Origin: a virus
Lineage: Duplodnaviria; Caudoviricetes
Virus record (IMG/VR): IMGVR_UViG_3300037631_003280
Coordinates: 1-27,790 of that record
Strand: one strand, 5' to 3'
DNA: 27,790 bases
This document shows, one piece after another, positions 16,701 to 23,438 of the stretch. Every line of letters begins with the position of its first letter. Positions within the stretch are counted from its first letter, which is position 1. A program made the translations under genes and the position numbers. The notes beneath the pieces are model-generated. The model had not been told where the DNA came from and made no database searches. It saw nothing but the letters and a program-made list of their open reading frames with translations.

Positions 16701-19045
16701 ACGAAAAAAAGCGTAAGGCTGCGATGGAATTCTTCAACAAGGACATTCAGGACAAAGCCTACGCTGCTGCTAAAGCAGACAATAAGTCTGATGCGGAAGC
16801 GAGGGACGCAGCCGACACTGCGATTAGGAAAGCCCATGCGAAAGCAGGAACTGGTAGCACTCACGGAGAAAGAGCCTTAGACGCTTTCATCCAACGATAC
16901 GAAAGTATACGGTCTGGATCTTCTATAACGAGTAATAGATACTCTAAGATCGCTAAGAACTTCTCTAAGAGGAAGGACTTACCTTCGCAGCTACGAGACA
17001 TCCTCGGAGAGTATGGTGCTGAAACAGGAACTGACCTGATCACACGGACTTACGCTACGGTATCTACGATAGCAGCAGAACAAGTGTTCCGAAGCAACAT
17101 CGTCAAAGTTGGTAAAGACCAAGGATTCATAGTGGACGCTAAAACATACGCTGCTGATCCTAGCAAGTATCCTGACTTTGTTAAGATGAAGAAGGATGCA
17201 AATAGGAACGACCCGTTCGCGCATATGTATGCTGAGAAATCTTTGATCGACGATATGGCAGATATCATCAATCCCAGCTTCGGTAACTCTGCTAGCTCCA
17301 CTGCCGAAGAGGCAGTGTCCAAGACCGCTTCCTTCCTTCAGAATATGACAGGTAAGTCGATGCTGCTTAAAACACTAGGCTCGGTAGGTTTCTACTTCAG
17401 GAACATCTTGGGTAACGTCTTGTTCTTCGGCCCTGCTAATGGAGTGCCAGCTAGAAAGATGGGGTCTACTTTCCTAGAAACCTTCTCTTTCGCCCGTAAA
17501 CAGTGGAAGAATCCAGACGAGCTAGATGCTATTCTTTCTGAATACGTCACACTCGGAGTCTTCGGTGACGAGCTACGTGCAGGAATGATCAAAGAACTTC
17601 TAGACTCCAGCGGAGGGAAGAAAGACTTTATGACTCGTCTTAACGACATCATAGATGAAGCTCCTGCTATCGGCAAAGGAAAGAAGTTTATTAAAGCCTC
17701 TGAAAAGAAGCTCACTGGTTTATCCGCTTCGGTGGACGGTGCTTACAAGATAGCTTACTATGAGCATGAACTTAGTGTTCTTCGTAAAGCTAAAGAGAAC
17801 CACCCCAACACCAAAGTCGGTCAGATGGGAGACAATGATCTCAAACGATTGGCTGCGGACAATGTTAAGAGGACTGCCCAATCATTGAGTCAGGCTCCTC
17901 CCCTCATTAAATCGTTGAGTAAATCTAGCTACGGAATGCTGTTCGCTCCGTTCGTCCGATTTAAAGCAGAGGTTCCAAGGATTGTTTACAACACCTATCA
18001 GCTATCTAAAGAAGAGAGGAATAGCAACAACCCAGATATTGTCCGTCGAGGACAACAGAGATTCCGAGGACTCGTCACTACAATTGGCGTAACGTCTTTA
18101 GCAGTTCCAGCAGCACTCGCTGCGATAGCAGGCATCGGAAGTGAAGAAGACGAAGCTCTCCGTAAGTCAATGCCCAGCTATTTGAGAGGGCATAGCTTTT
18201 ACTACTTCACTTTATTTGGACAACGATACTCTATAGACCTGACATACCTCAACCCCTTCTCACTCGTCACTGACCCGTTCGCCCGTGCGTTTGGAGAAAT
18301 GTCACGGGGCAACTTCGGGGGAGCCGTAGGGGCTTTCGTTAAAGGTGCGTTCTTCGATCAATACCTCGACGAGCAGATCCTCGCTGGCGCAGTCAATGAT
18401 GCAATGAACAACCTAAACTCCACCACCGACAAACCAATATGGATTCCTGAAGTGGATGGGTTCGGTATGGCTACGGCTAAGAGTTTGGGGTATGTCTTTA
18501 AAACAGCATACTCTCCACGCTTCTTGTCAGATGGACTATCCGCTTTCGATGCCATTGGTGGGGACTACGATAACTTTAGGGACTCACCAGTCGGGGAGCT
18601 TCTAGAGGGAACTTATCCTGCCAAAGCGCACCCCATTGATGTCGAGAAACAATACCGTAGGTTCTTGCGCGATCACCAGAGCAGAATCCGATTGGTCAAC
18701 GACAAGAAGTTCCGACTCTACAGTGACAAGCCTATCTCAGACGACGATATCATGGACATCTACACTGACGAACAGGAAGGTCGTATGAAGCTGAACAGAG
18801 AACTCTACCGTGTCACCCAAGGTTTCGAGAGCTTAGGCATCTCAAAACGCAATCAGGTCGCCACGATGAGGCAGTTCGGGATCGGGAAAGATAAATCCGC
18901 AATGATCGTTCAGGGCGTGATGGATCGACTGACCCCGAACAAAGGGTTCCTACAGAACCTGATCGAAAGAGGTCATCAAGACCGGATAGCTCCACTGTTC
19001 AAAGCGCGTGATAAAGAACCACGCTACATCAAACTGAAGGACTAG
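7784..19045 (+). CDS. Giant polyvalent / internal virion protein (3753 aa) with two zincin-like metallopeptidase domains and a GNAT-like module
   Basis: Single open frame of 11.26 kb. It has Gly/Ala-rich hydrophobic segments and an EAMEEG motif (~9180-10240). Zincin-like motifs are LLEEYVHA...FDEFLAK...GFFARILD (13020-13620) and ISEEVAHV...LAEEKLR (13860-14520). A GNAT-like segment lies at ~14900-15800. The helical C-terminal region resembles large polyvalent protein C-termini. Confidence 0.75.
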   Translation: MTDYEKLVGSLTSPTPEPEFENFSDWSSERPAEEEDTETRINYANYLRKTYIDAGAMSLNAEQEISNGLYQSLIAEGTVEKGDVDGFAALTAPKGVSREAKLNMIQARISQDDPDWTTITEFKEANRMRSEDPTSIGDDTFNELQLKSDEAIDRQYDVVKKRMLRAGDLPFIATTDAEGNRRIIAGDSALKFDKLSDALAASSAGDVSLSDALDAQRQLEIPSWSTVPVFKLNRYNEAKAMIDSLSGGSSKLGIQIEAHAKNLAESEDEGVMDWSKRRLEDVGDFFSGIFGGDHDAERRMGAVERAQEVDRSEAIRSIAEKLNNRSGLEQGEEYTTEEIEAAYNQAVLEKATNSGMFEFYEGKEAGKNLRLTSFGTPVVHSAAMVNEDAFNDMLKARPDIDPETRRVLETNRVALLDQNFERYADILSRSGVDDEWNAALMQGRADGKANHKILNDFLKDEENYSEFTEKAAGVGWSVIDGFGTLLAAVPAAMGSEIATDYLAKSAQRSADRREVARMFNQEYGYIQEIAETIVPMTVDIAATAALATVTAPAAGVGGAAYVAARAGSFAAAKAITKGVVAHTIKTAPKKITTLGFGKSKGSQTMAQVIEQAVKTGDGKLTNDVMKAFNSNLAEKIGTSSAVFVPAATRSGAATYGSITNHLRENTDLSDEEIRDRALGAGLTSAAITGIITSGFSLMGRGGLDDAFLRGMSFKELKAVTNRVSGFAQDIKDETLSKAIKKSITKSLSKNGKMARVFSYGKNFTDEAMEEGLDQFVNSFVEDAALDQDTPLLERLTQTFHAAMIGGIMGAGAPIVQKVGSRLAMNEQRKFAQVDRLYDQIAQDVELNLKDTGSPISAAVLGRYFRLGAKEATRQVPRQSAPEVAPEPTQEVAPEPTQEVAPEPTQEVAPLLEGDQPEASDRPTYNIAPSPPPNSSLLTGIPELDALLEPAIEMDEGVEKIDAFKKVFFDWAKTKEQDFMNMPEEEIGNLEVEIDPAAYFAGSADATDGRRVFLSISPMGTPLIRLINKDGKRVAPNKVISSDLSRGRIKVIGEFKRVNSKTEQAEATQETNEDDVIESFNERDPEELRRIASSALSDIKSGQYPKASKTYTPPPPNLSFFQKGKEITETEVQEAEAVLELANLGYPVRITSAKKHGVPLTRKDVSKVSDYLADKIYDKWPLIELESKEGEQTFKGQRITYFDPVTKEKVESKVIKGRLDSKGNGIFNNDPVLMAQMLAHNIRIPVPDSVNVFDINPSIRNGIVDGYVTRVEKTRDNGLGVEHLGSPLNEIVNAQVDKSRLDDLTKLPFTTAGMEETVMPHGATPVNERGYTLPVGDSLFTFGDIRNSLIDYTQAVTKDFEMIKIHLRRGNKTGLDLLEQSDTGAVTPIFEAYHEYLFLLNLFSVRDTLLKSTTHNFAGGGILAIPDRKARNFAAREIATRLSIDNMVVNNKVNTKLLSSSLKGFVKADDKASNADIITEFVNEQILNNKEFANNTMPSFPAILSKKVRKYVDQEKSRNMAQQNSVVSTFSDLALEPNNFGSGDQTDIDGNVMVEPFAGSGPLDRDTDLSEASLGAKAVSQLSIQEIDSSPELRQSLEELFIDGIIPNASSKLIGEIKDMPTSDMMSVMGEFLRSANYESAQGSQALKFKKLLSDSALAGQESFRQAVYLNYLSNLDSNDPQFITGLRSMLRESLGKDVSEKQALNFVKTINSGRLSLFSRTHVSGKQKAIFEAENLHDIERLGLESQNPESVVKAIETIAKTSDSKSHRLVAELLLEDANFIRQVSFEIAEIEADFAGKYTRLTNGSHVVMINTKTGNGLGLENALLEEYVHAFLNNVANLPLDSLTPNQRSARTRLEGLFKLAEVEYRKGKSDPYMEDAFENFDEFLAKFLLSPELQSLIKDLDPPKSQRGFFARILDALVSMFRKISKSESETYADALKDVISLSKSVARTQPVPVSQVGAGVAKEAMRAASENAKMYEFLGTDEAPVLAASQRAVDPEERNLDSVISDYRENNKASKEEQREMELLMIHMRSRMPYGMQLQRNESSDPQRANAPAYALGNQIFINPEIIMAQVADMDSIGARMYVESVISEEVAHVASWNSLTSAEINNYIDRLSLGNYKEIADAYFQDSAEKEASIALLESSTEENLTPEQENDIRVLKRQLAEEKLRMHLQRVTRGFTTEEDADFWSSDPSLLQMIARYFKGMFSRLSAMREMKGGSGVLDSMLRKIHGEILLINAGFNTIKADTPFDTDNPEATMAEFKRFMESDVLGDAQEYGAAVDQAVTLAASSMSIDSINRVMRKARLAMSDGTTVIESEEDDTLEPIEVNNPDPYTGMDHEGIKKTFESLSNDRQKVSVNIVKNTEFEGNSYASITVSDPQNEDVALSSVTLSLEENGEIHVDLMVNTPAASSRTQSFSSDFMLAVIASSDANGIKKITTTGGGDYQSVILKRARGSVVRFIGEEYGYDIRDAFNAAIPDYSSEMVGYSTWAKSAFKPDNPRAGYFDLKRLSKETDFSYEVGINKLLGSLDQTFAKEGKPQPRMRSEDLEDILDQQYIDNVARGQDKDQVVGKDTVSPLDALTQKDRQNIYDYAEKTILSYYEESSRSAKNLLSSQPEGDFDLFEALNGGTIRENKIAKLNWEKSGSPIEFTFDLTKGSASLKSYLEHFSKLIFSKKNAPEKIGEAIANYRAEVEGAAPEDIQSIKDKHNAIVMDKDGEIGLDFPLFASNRNPNPVSLGDKYDFSMIPELLEVPQFAYKTYKSPDGFFSRIFKGDLGSPIRSMLDQRDEFKRGGIHILKSFHKRFNDVVEEDGIVLDKSTLDLIATAQGYNENSLVKNEFYAAKEVEHKQRVEAIEADDNLTAKQKKSEKDASKQRRDDEINLQETTAIDARNLETSQALTDLAKMSPKLAALITSIRTELIQPIQKKIMKSGISDELKLRIDQTGGFYITRNYQMFNDPTFAQKVREDPLYEKKRKAAMEFFNKDIQDKAYAAAKADNKSDAEARDAADTAIRKAHAKAGTGSTHGERALDAFIQRYESIRSGSSITSNRYSKIAKNFSKRKDLPSQLRDILGEYGAETGTDLITRTYATVSTIAAEQVFRSNIVKVGKDQGFIVDAKTYAADPSKYPDFVKMKKDANRNDPFAHMYAEKSLIDDMADIINPSFGNSASSTAEEAVSKTASFLQNMTGKSMLLKTLGSVGFYFRNILGNVLFFGPANGVPARKMGSTFLETFSFARKQWKNPDELDAILSEYVTLGVFGDELRAGMIKELLDSSGGKKDFMTRLNDIIDEAPAIGKGKKFIKASEKKLTGLSASVDGAYKIAYYEHELSVLRKAKENHPNTKVGQMGDNDLKRLAADNVKRTAQSLSQAPPLIKSLSKSSYGMLFAPFVRFKAEVPRIVYNTYQLSKEERNSNNPDIVRRGQQRFRGLVTTIGVTSLAVPAALAAIAGIGSEEDEALRKSMPSYLRGHSFYYFTLFGQRYSIDLTYLNPFSLVTDPFARAFGEMSRGNFGGAVGAFVKGAFFDQYLDEQILAGAVNDAMNNLNSTTDKPIWIPEVDGFGMATAKSLGYVFKTAYSPRFLSDGLSAFDAIGGDYDNFRDSPVGELLEGTYPAKAHPIDVEKQYRRFLRDHQSRIRLVNDKKFRLYSDKPISDDDIMDIYTDEQEGRMKLNRELYRVTQGFESLGISKRNQVATMRQFGIGKDKSAMIVQGVMDRLTPNKGFLQNLIERGHQDRIAPLFKARDKEPRYIKLKD
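10426..10510 (+). repeat. In-frame 24-bp tandem repeat x3.5 (EVAPEPTQ)
   Basis: AGAAGTTGCGCCAGARCCTACGCA at 10426, 10450 and 10474, plus a partial copy at 10498. Confidence 0.95.
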
Positions 19046-19048
19046 AGA

Positions 19049-19132
19049 TCACCCTATAAGCTTTGTTAGTAAAATTAGCAGCCCCATAAATATTAAGAAA
19101 GGCGCAGCAGCGTTCAAGATGTCTTCGATCAT
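19049..19132 (-). CDS. Small hydrophobic peptide (27 aa)
   Basis: Manual translation gives MIEDILNAAAPFLIFMGLLILLTKLIG*. ATGA coupling to the upstream small ORF. It ends 3 bp from the stop of the giant gene. Confidence 0.5.
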   Translation of the reverse strand: MIEDILNAAAPFLIFMGLLILLTKLIG

Positions 19133-19272
19133 GAACGCCTCCCTTTCTTTTTATCGGCTTGCCGTTTCATCTTTTCAATCCGGCGAGCTTCCGATTTTAT
19201 CATGCTCGCAGCCACCACGATGATGACTAACGGCATGGCTAATATCATTCCGATTATCTGTAGGTAGTCCAT
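19129..19272 (-). CDS. Small single-pass membrane protein (47 aa)
   Basis: Manual translation gives MDYLQIIGMILAMPLVIIVVAASMIKSEARRIEKMKRQADKKKGRRS*, a TM helix with a basic tail. It starts 1 nt after the HNH stop. Confidence 0.6.
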   Translation of the reverse strand: MDYLQIIGMILAMPLVIIVVAASMIKSEARRIEKMKRQADKKKGRRS

Positions 19273-19273
19273 G

Positions 19274-19819
19274 CTATTGGTTCTCTGCTGCTCGGTGGCA
19301 TGATGTGCATAGGAAGACTACGTTGAGGCGATCCTCTTTGGCGTAGCCTTTGTGATGATGCGCTTCGATCCTCATGTGGGACTGCCCACACTCGGTGCAA
19401 GATTCGGGCCTGACAAGAACACCCTTTCGGATAGCCCGACGAACGGCTTCGTTCGCTTGCTTTTTCTCAGGCTCGGCCTTGCGCCTTTTCCTCTGCCTTT
19501 CGATATACACGTCTTTCTTTTTGCGGTAGTCTCTACGCTGGGCTGCGTGCTTACACTTCCGGCACTGCGTCTGCAACCCGTCTTCCTTTCCGGCATCCTT
19601 GTTGAATTCGGTCTTCAGCAACGTCTCCTTGCATCCGGTGCAGAGTTTTAGGAGATCGCTGAAATCCATTTGATTACTCTCAAACTCATGAAGAACTGCT
19701 TCCTTAATTTTCTCAACCATTTCAGGAAGATCATCTCTTGGGAATTCAAGCCAATACTTATCGGTGTCACCCTCACAATAGTCGAGGATGATATTTTTAA
19801 TCTTATTCTTTTCGTTCAT
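19274..19819 (-). CDS. Zinc-binding HNH endonuclease-like protein
   Basis: CTGC...EF.KD...DGLQTQCRKC zinc ribbon, then RPESCTECG...IEAHH...Y....NVVFLCTSCH, a His-Me finger. Confidence 0.8.
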   Translation of the reverse strand: MNEKNKIKNIILDYCEGDTDKYWLEFPRDDLPEMVEKIKEAVLHEFESNQMDFSDLLKLCTGCKETLLKTEFNKDAGKEDGLQTQCRKCKHAAQRRDYRKKKDVYIERQRKRRKAEPEKKQANEAVRRAIRKGVLVRPESCTECGQSHMRIEAHHHKGYAKEDRLNVVFLCTSCHRAAENQ

Positions 19820-19852
19820 TGGTTATTTTTAGGGTTTGAGTTCAGGCTCATT

Positions 19853-19898
19853 CCTGATTACTGCCCCCTCCAATCGGAAGGGGCAGTGTTGTATCAAG
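19853..19898 (-). other. Intergenic RNA hairpin (processing site or terminator-like)
   Basis: Minus strand reads CTTGAT..ACTGCCCCTTCC-GATT-GGAGGGGGCAGT.ATCAGG. The mismatches resolve as G-U pairs only on the minus (coding) strand. Confidence 0.6.
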
Positions 19899-19903
19899 AC
19901 TCA

Positions 19904-20929
19904 CTACCCATTGAGGGTGGCAGTGAGGACACGATGACCATCTTCGATAGAGGACTCATCACGGGAGGTGAGCAGGTAGTCGGCGAAGTTCACCTTGTGC
20001 TTCGCAGCAGTGCCATACTCGCTGGAGTATGCCTTGGCAGAGCTAGACGTATCACGCCCCACACCGTCACCTGATGTCCAGTATTCCGTTGCGCCATTCA
20101 GCACGTCATACATGGTCTCGCCACTGTTGCCCCTGCCTCTGATTGCGAGATCCGTGATACCGGATACGCTATTCATGGTGCGGGTTGAGAACTTGTCAAC
20201 CTTGCCAGCAGTCTTGAGGAAGTATCCGGCAGCGATAGCTGCGATGTCCTGCTCGACCACCTTCTGAGTGGCGAGGATCTCCATCGCTTCGGCGAAGTGT
20301 TTCCGCTGCTCGATCAGACCAGTGATGTCCTTAGTGAGATCGGCACATTTGATGTCCACATTGCCACTGTGGGTGACCTTCAGGTCGATGTATCCTTTGC
20401 TACCGGCGAGGGCAGCGTGGATGCTGTTAGAGCAGCACAAGCGCAAGTCCGACAAGAATACGCGATTCGCTTTCCCGTTGTGACCCCCCACCACGTTGAG
20501 GTATCCACTGTGCTTCTCACCATTGATGGTGTGATCGTCCATCTTGAACGACATAAAGAAGGTCTTGAGACCGTTGAGAGTCCCCATCGCTGACAGTTTC
20601 GAGTCCGGTGCAGACTGTCTGAGGGCTTTCGCAATGGGTTTCGCGAAGGTCTCATTCTCGATGATCTGATACTTCTTCGTAGCCATGTGCAGTGGCACAA
20701 GTCCATCAGCCGTATCAGCCATGAGGTGCTTGTGATTGTCGAGCGGGATCGTCTCCCCCTTGACGGTGGCAGACACATCTGCCTTGATGATGGGGAAGAA
20801 CACTCCGTTCTCCTTAGCATCACGGGGCGTGATCAACTCACCTTGAGACTCCTGCTCCAAACCGTGATACATACGGTATTCGGAGCCTTGTGGGATGAGG
20901 ACGGTATCGATTTCTTTAATTCCAGACAT
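19904..20929 (-). CDS. DUF932 (TIGR03299 phage/plasmid-like) protein
   Basis: YHGLE (WHGLG-like), Y.II.N, GTLNG, GHNG, RLCCSNS (R.vC.Nt), H.GN and GET.YDVLNG.TEY. Start placed at ATG 20929, after an A-rich leader. Confidence 0.8.
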   Translation of the reverse strand: MSGIKEIDTVLIPQGSEYRMYHGLEQESQGELITPRDAKENGVFFPIIKADVSATVKGETIPLDNHKHLMADTADGLVPLHMATKKYQIIENETFAKPIAKALRQSAPDSKLSAMGTLNGLKTFFMSFKMDDHTINGEKHSGYLNVVGGHNGKANRVFLSDLRLCCSNSIHAALAGSKGYIDLKVTHSGNVDIKCADLTKDITGLIEQRKHFAEAMEILATQKVVEQDIAAIAAGYFLKTAGKVDKFSTRTMNSVSGITDLAIRGRGNSGETMYDVLNGATEYWTSGDGVGRDTSSSAKAYSSEYGTAAKHKVNFADYLLTSRDESSIEDGHRVLTATLNG

Positions 20930-20980
20930 AATGTTTATTCTTTCTTTTTTTGGTTTCGGTTCAGGTTGGTCGTTGTGACT

Positions 20981-21028
20981 CCTGAAAGCTCCACCTTGCA
21001 TCGGGGGCTGCAAGGTAGATTGTTCAGG
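20981..21028 (-). other. Intergenic RNA hairpin with internal loop (RNase III-site-like)
   Basis: Minus strand reads CCTGAA-caa-TCTACCTTGCA-gcccccga-TGCAAGGTGGA-gct-TTCAGG. The G-U pair forms on the minus strand. Confidence 0.55.
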
Positions 21029-21089
21029 GTTCATTGGTTGGTCGATGCCCTTAAACTAAACGGTGTGGTTTAAAGGTCAAACACTTTTC

Positions 21090-21716
21090 TTACTTTTCTT
21101 TTTTAGCAACGCTAAGGTAGATTTTCTCCGGCGCATCGTCGAAGTAATGGTAGAGGGCAGGGCATAGCCAACCCTTCATCCCCTCCGGCACATCATACCG
21201 TCGATCAGAGTTGTGTATGGTCAGGTTCCTACACTCGCTATCCAACTCGTAATCATTCCCGCCCTCACTAACTCCTAGCCAAGTGAGCGAGTGCGTCGAA
21301 TCCGGCCACTTATCCTTGCTAAACGTGAGGCGAAACCCATTTTCCACTTCTTCGGGATCGATGCCACTGTCTTCCAGACAGAAGTCGAGGATCTCAGACA
21401 TACCGCAGACGAATGCTTCCTGCACTAGTCCAGTGGTATCGTCATCGAATGCCCACTCACCGTGGCACATGTAAGGCTCGATGGATCTGATCTTAGTTTG
21501 ATTAGGTTTTTTCATCGGTTCTTCGTCGCTGTCGTTGTCGTTGCCGTTGTTCGCTTTGATTGCATCCACCATGCGAGCGAGTCGCATGATTTCTTCCTTC
21601 GCCTCCATCCTACCTGATGCAGATGCATCTGGGTTGTCCAGCACGGCAAGGTATACTTGCACGGCAAATGACCACGAAGGGGTGAGGTCGAGTTTGAATT
21701 TAGTTTCAGTTGTCAT
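21090..21716 (-). CDS. Two-domain protein: small phage domain fused to a DUF6717-like domain
   Basis: N-terminal LTPSW..AV..Y...L.N.......A.EE..R.A.. and C-terminal I.PY...GEWAFDD...GL..E.FV.G....GWLCPALYHYF..AP..IY. Start at ATG 21716, after the AACAACTGAA leader motif. The ORF track starts at 21773. Confidence 0.65.
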   Translation of the reverse strand: MTTETKFKLDLTPSWSFAVQVYLAVLDNPDASASGRMEAKEEIMRLARMVDAIKANNGNDNDSDEEPMKKPNQTKIRSIEPYMCHGEWAFDDDTTGLVQEAFVCGMSEILDFCLEDSGIDPEEVENGFRLTFSKDKWPDSTHSLTWLGVSEGGNDYELDSECRNLTIHNSDRRYDVPEGMKGWLCPALYHYFDDAPEKIYLSVAKKEK

Positions 21717-21775
21717 TGTTTCAGTTGTTCGGTTGTTGTTGTTCACTATCATCATCAGTTGTTCGTTGTTCATAA

Positions 21776-21827
21776 AAAGGACGGTAAAGCCTTACGCCAC
21801 TCCCTTTAAAAGGGAGCAGCGCAGGCT
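21776..21827 (-). repeat. Early-region intergenic repeat, copy A
   Basis: AAAGGACGG, N15, then the palindrome CTCCCTTTAAAAGGGAG (21800-21816) followed by CAGCG. Confidence 0.9.
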
Positions 21828-21834
21828 GCGGGTG

Positions 21835-22539
21835 TTAGTCGAGCGTTTCTGCAAAGGCAGCGATCCTCTCGATTCGATCAACTACATCGACCCAATCGTA
21901 TGCGATGTGGTCGCCGGAAAAGATGTAGTCTTCGTGCGCTTCCACATGATCGGGTCCGAAGACCCAATAGTGATTTCTCTCACCATCGTATCCCTGATCG
22001 ATGTCGATCTTGCATCCGTGCTGGGTGGCGAGTCTTCGGGCCTTCGACCTTGCGCTGGCATTCAGATCTTTCGCTCGCTTGGGCTGGGACGGAGGGGTGA
22101 TCTTGGAGGCACTCAGCTTCCACACTGCATACACTCTGGCTCGCTGCTTGAGACGTTTGTCTGCGATGCTGACAATCTCACGAAGCCTACCACAGGTAGC
22201 CTTGCGTCCCGACACCACTTGATAATGGTTGCCAGCGACGATGAGATAGACCACACCAGCCTTACGGTCAGCTTTGCTGTGCTTACGCCATTGGGCGAAG
22301 GTCAGACCTTTACCTACCGGAGCGGAGTATACCCGATCGGCGAAGACTCCTGAGTCGCGGAGGGCAGCGATGACATAGGGAATGGCTGCGCCTTTGACGA
22401 AACGCTGTCCTGATCTCTGACGGATGGCATAAGCTGCATCATCTGTCGAGGCTCCGGTGATTGCGGAGATTGCTGCGGGGCCACAGTAACGGTTCTTGCC
22501 GTGTATCGTATTCAATTTCATTGACTTCATATATTTCAT
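21835..22539 (-). CDS. Papain/C39-like putative cysteine peptidase-fold protein
   Basis: NRYCGPAAISAITG (Cys at a helix start) and YLIVAGNHYQVV (His), a C39-like Cys-His arrangement. Confidence 0.5.
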   Translation of the reverse strand: MKYMKSMKLNTIHGKNRYCGPAAISAITGASTDDAAYAIRQRSGQRFVKGAAIPYVIAALRDSGVFADRVYSAPVGKGLTFAQWRKHSKADRKAGVVYLIVAGNHYQVVSGRKATCGRLREIVSIADKRLKQRARVYAVWKLSASKITPPSQPKRAKDLNASARSKARRLATQHGCKIDIDQGYDGERNHYWVFGPDHVEAHEDYIFSGDHIAYDWVDVVDRIERIAAFAETLD

Positions 22540-22545
22540 ATTAGG

Positions 22546-22728
22546 TTAGAGGTTCAGGGTAGGTCGTTTGACCTTGAAGGTGAAACCTAGCTCCTTCAGA
22601 GCTTCGATGTCACTATTGGTCAAGGACTTACGTCCTGTCAGCTTCTGTATGGTTCGCTGCAAGGTGGCATCTGCCACGTAGATCAGCGGGTTGCCATACA
22701 CGTCTTTCTGCATTACTTCTATTGTCAT
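22546..22728 (-). CDS. Conserved small phage protein (60 aa)
   Basis: K.VYG....Y........LTG.K.LT...I..LK.LGF pattern familiar from phage hypothetical proteins. Confidence 0.7.
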   Translation of the reverse strand: MTIEVMQKDVYGNPLIYVADATLQRTIQKLTGRKSLTNSDIEALKELGFTFKVKRPTLNL

Positions 22729-22760
22729 AACTTGTTATGGTTTATTTGTTGGTGGTTGGT

Positions 22761-22985
22761 TTACTTACCGTAAACGGAATGGAGTTCCCATGATGCGTCA
22801 CTGACGATCTCTGCGACTACACTGTGAGGATTCCGGCACGCTTCAGCGATGCCCTTGCGGACAATCCTCTGTAGTTTCCGCATCCTTTTCCACTCACGGA
22901 AATGGATGCTGATGGCGAGGGGGAAGGTCAGGATCAACACGATCTTGCCTACGATGGTCTGGTTTCTGTAGTTGAACATATTCAT
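22761..22985 (-). CDS. Hypothetical protein with N-terminal hydrophobic helix
   Basis: 74 aa containing IVGKIVLILTFPLAISIHF. Tightly packed in the operon. Confidence 0.55.
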   Translation of the reverse strand: MNMFNYRNQTIVGKIVLILTFPLAISIHFREWKRMRKLQRIVRKGIAEACRNPHSVVAEIVSDASWELHSVYGK

Positions 22986-22986
22986 G

Positions 22987-23361
22987 TTATTTGTTGGTGG
23001 TTAGGTTTCTAATTACAATGCCTCTGCAAGAGGCAGGTAGGGTTTGGGGTTCTATCCTTTCAGGATCTGATATGACATAGCCGAACTTCACACCGTTCCA
23101 CTCATAACCTTTCAGGTCACATGGAACATGGTGCAATGATTCATCGTGCCGGAAGCGGGGTTCATCGTTGTATTCGATGACATCGGAGATGGTGACATAT
23201 CCAACAAGCTTTGCCTTGCCCACTCCTGTCTGGATGATTCCAACCCGCTTGCCTACAAGCGAGGCAAGCGAGTTGGAGTTGCGGGTTTCAATCACCTTCT
23301 CTCCTGAGAGGATTAAGTCAGTCCAGTGTAGCTGGCTATCGTTGCAGTTGAATGCCTTCAT
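22987..23361 (-). CDS. ASCH/PUA-like domain protein
   Basis: WTDLILSGEKVIETR matches the GxKxxExR ASCH signature. Also has VGYVTISDV and FGYVISDPERI. Confidence 0.8.
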   Translation of the reverse strand: MKAFNCNDSQLHWTDLILSGEKVIETRNSNSLASLVGKRVGIIQTGVGKAKLVGYVTISDVIEYNDEPRFRHDESLHHVPCDLKGYEWNGVKFGYVISDPERIEPQTLPASCRGIVIRNLTTNK

Positions 23362-23427
23362 TTCAGTTGTTAAAGGACGGCAAGACCTACTGCCACTCCC
23401 TTTTAAAGGGAGCAGCGTAGGCCATGC
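23362..23427 (-). repeat. Early-region intergenic repeat, copy B
   Basis: TTCAGTTGTTAAAGGACGGCAAGACCTACTGCCA-CTCCCTTTTAAAGGGAG-CAGCGT. Identical to copy C at 56 of 57 positions. Confidence 0.95.
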
Positions 23428-23438
23428 GGGGTTCGGGG

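Noticed and set aside
9745-18995. Many minus-strand ORFs within the giant gene, and the + strand ORFs at 19352-24816 (for example 21535-22353)
   Set aside because: These are antisense shadows of well-supported genes, with no recognisable motifs.
7784-19045. Giant protein as an N4-type or crAss-type virion RNA polymerase reading the hairpin repeats
   Set aside because: The size fits, but I found no convincing polymerase motifs: no DxDxD/NADFDGD and no N4/T7-type motif A-B-C set. DIDGN and DKDGE are isolated. Zincin and GNAT-like motifs point to a polyvalent protein instead. A structure prediction would settle it.
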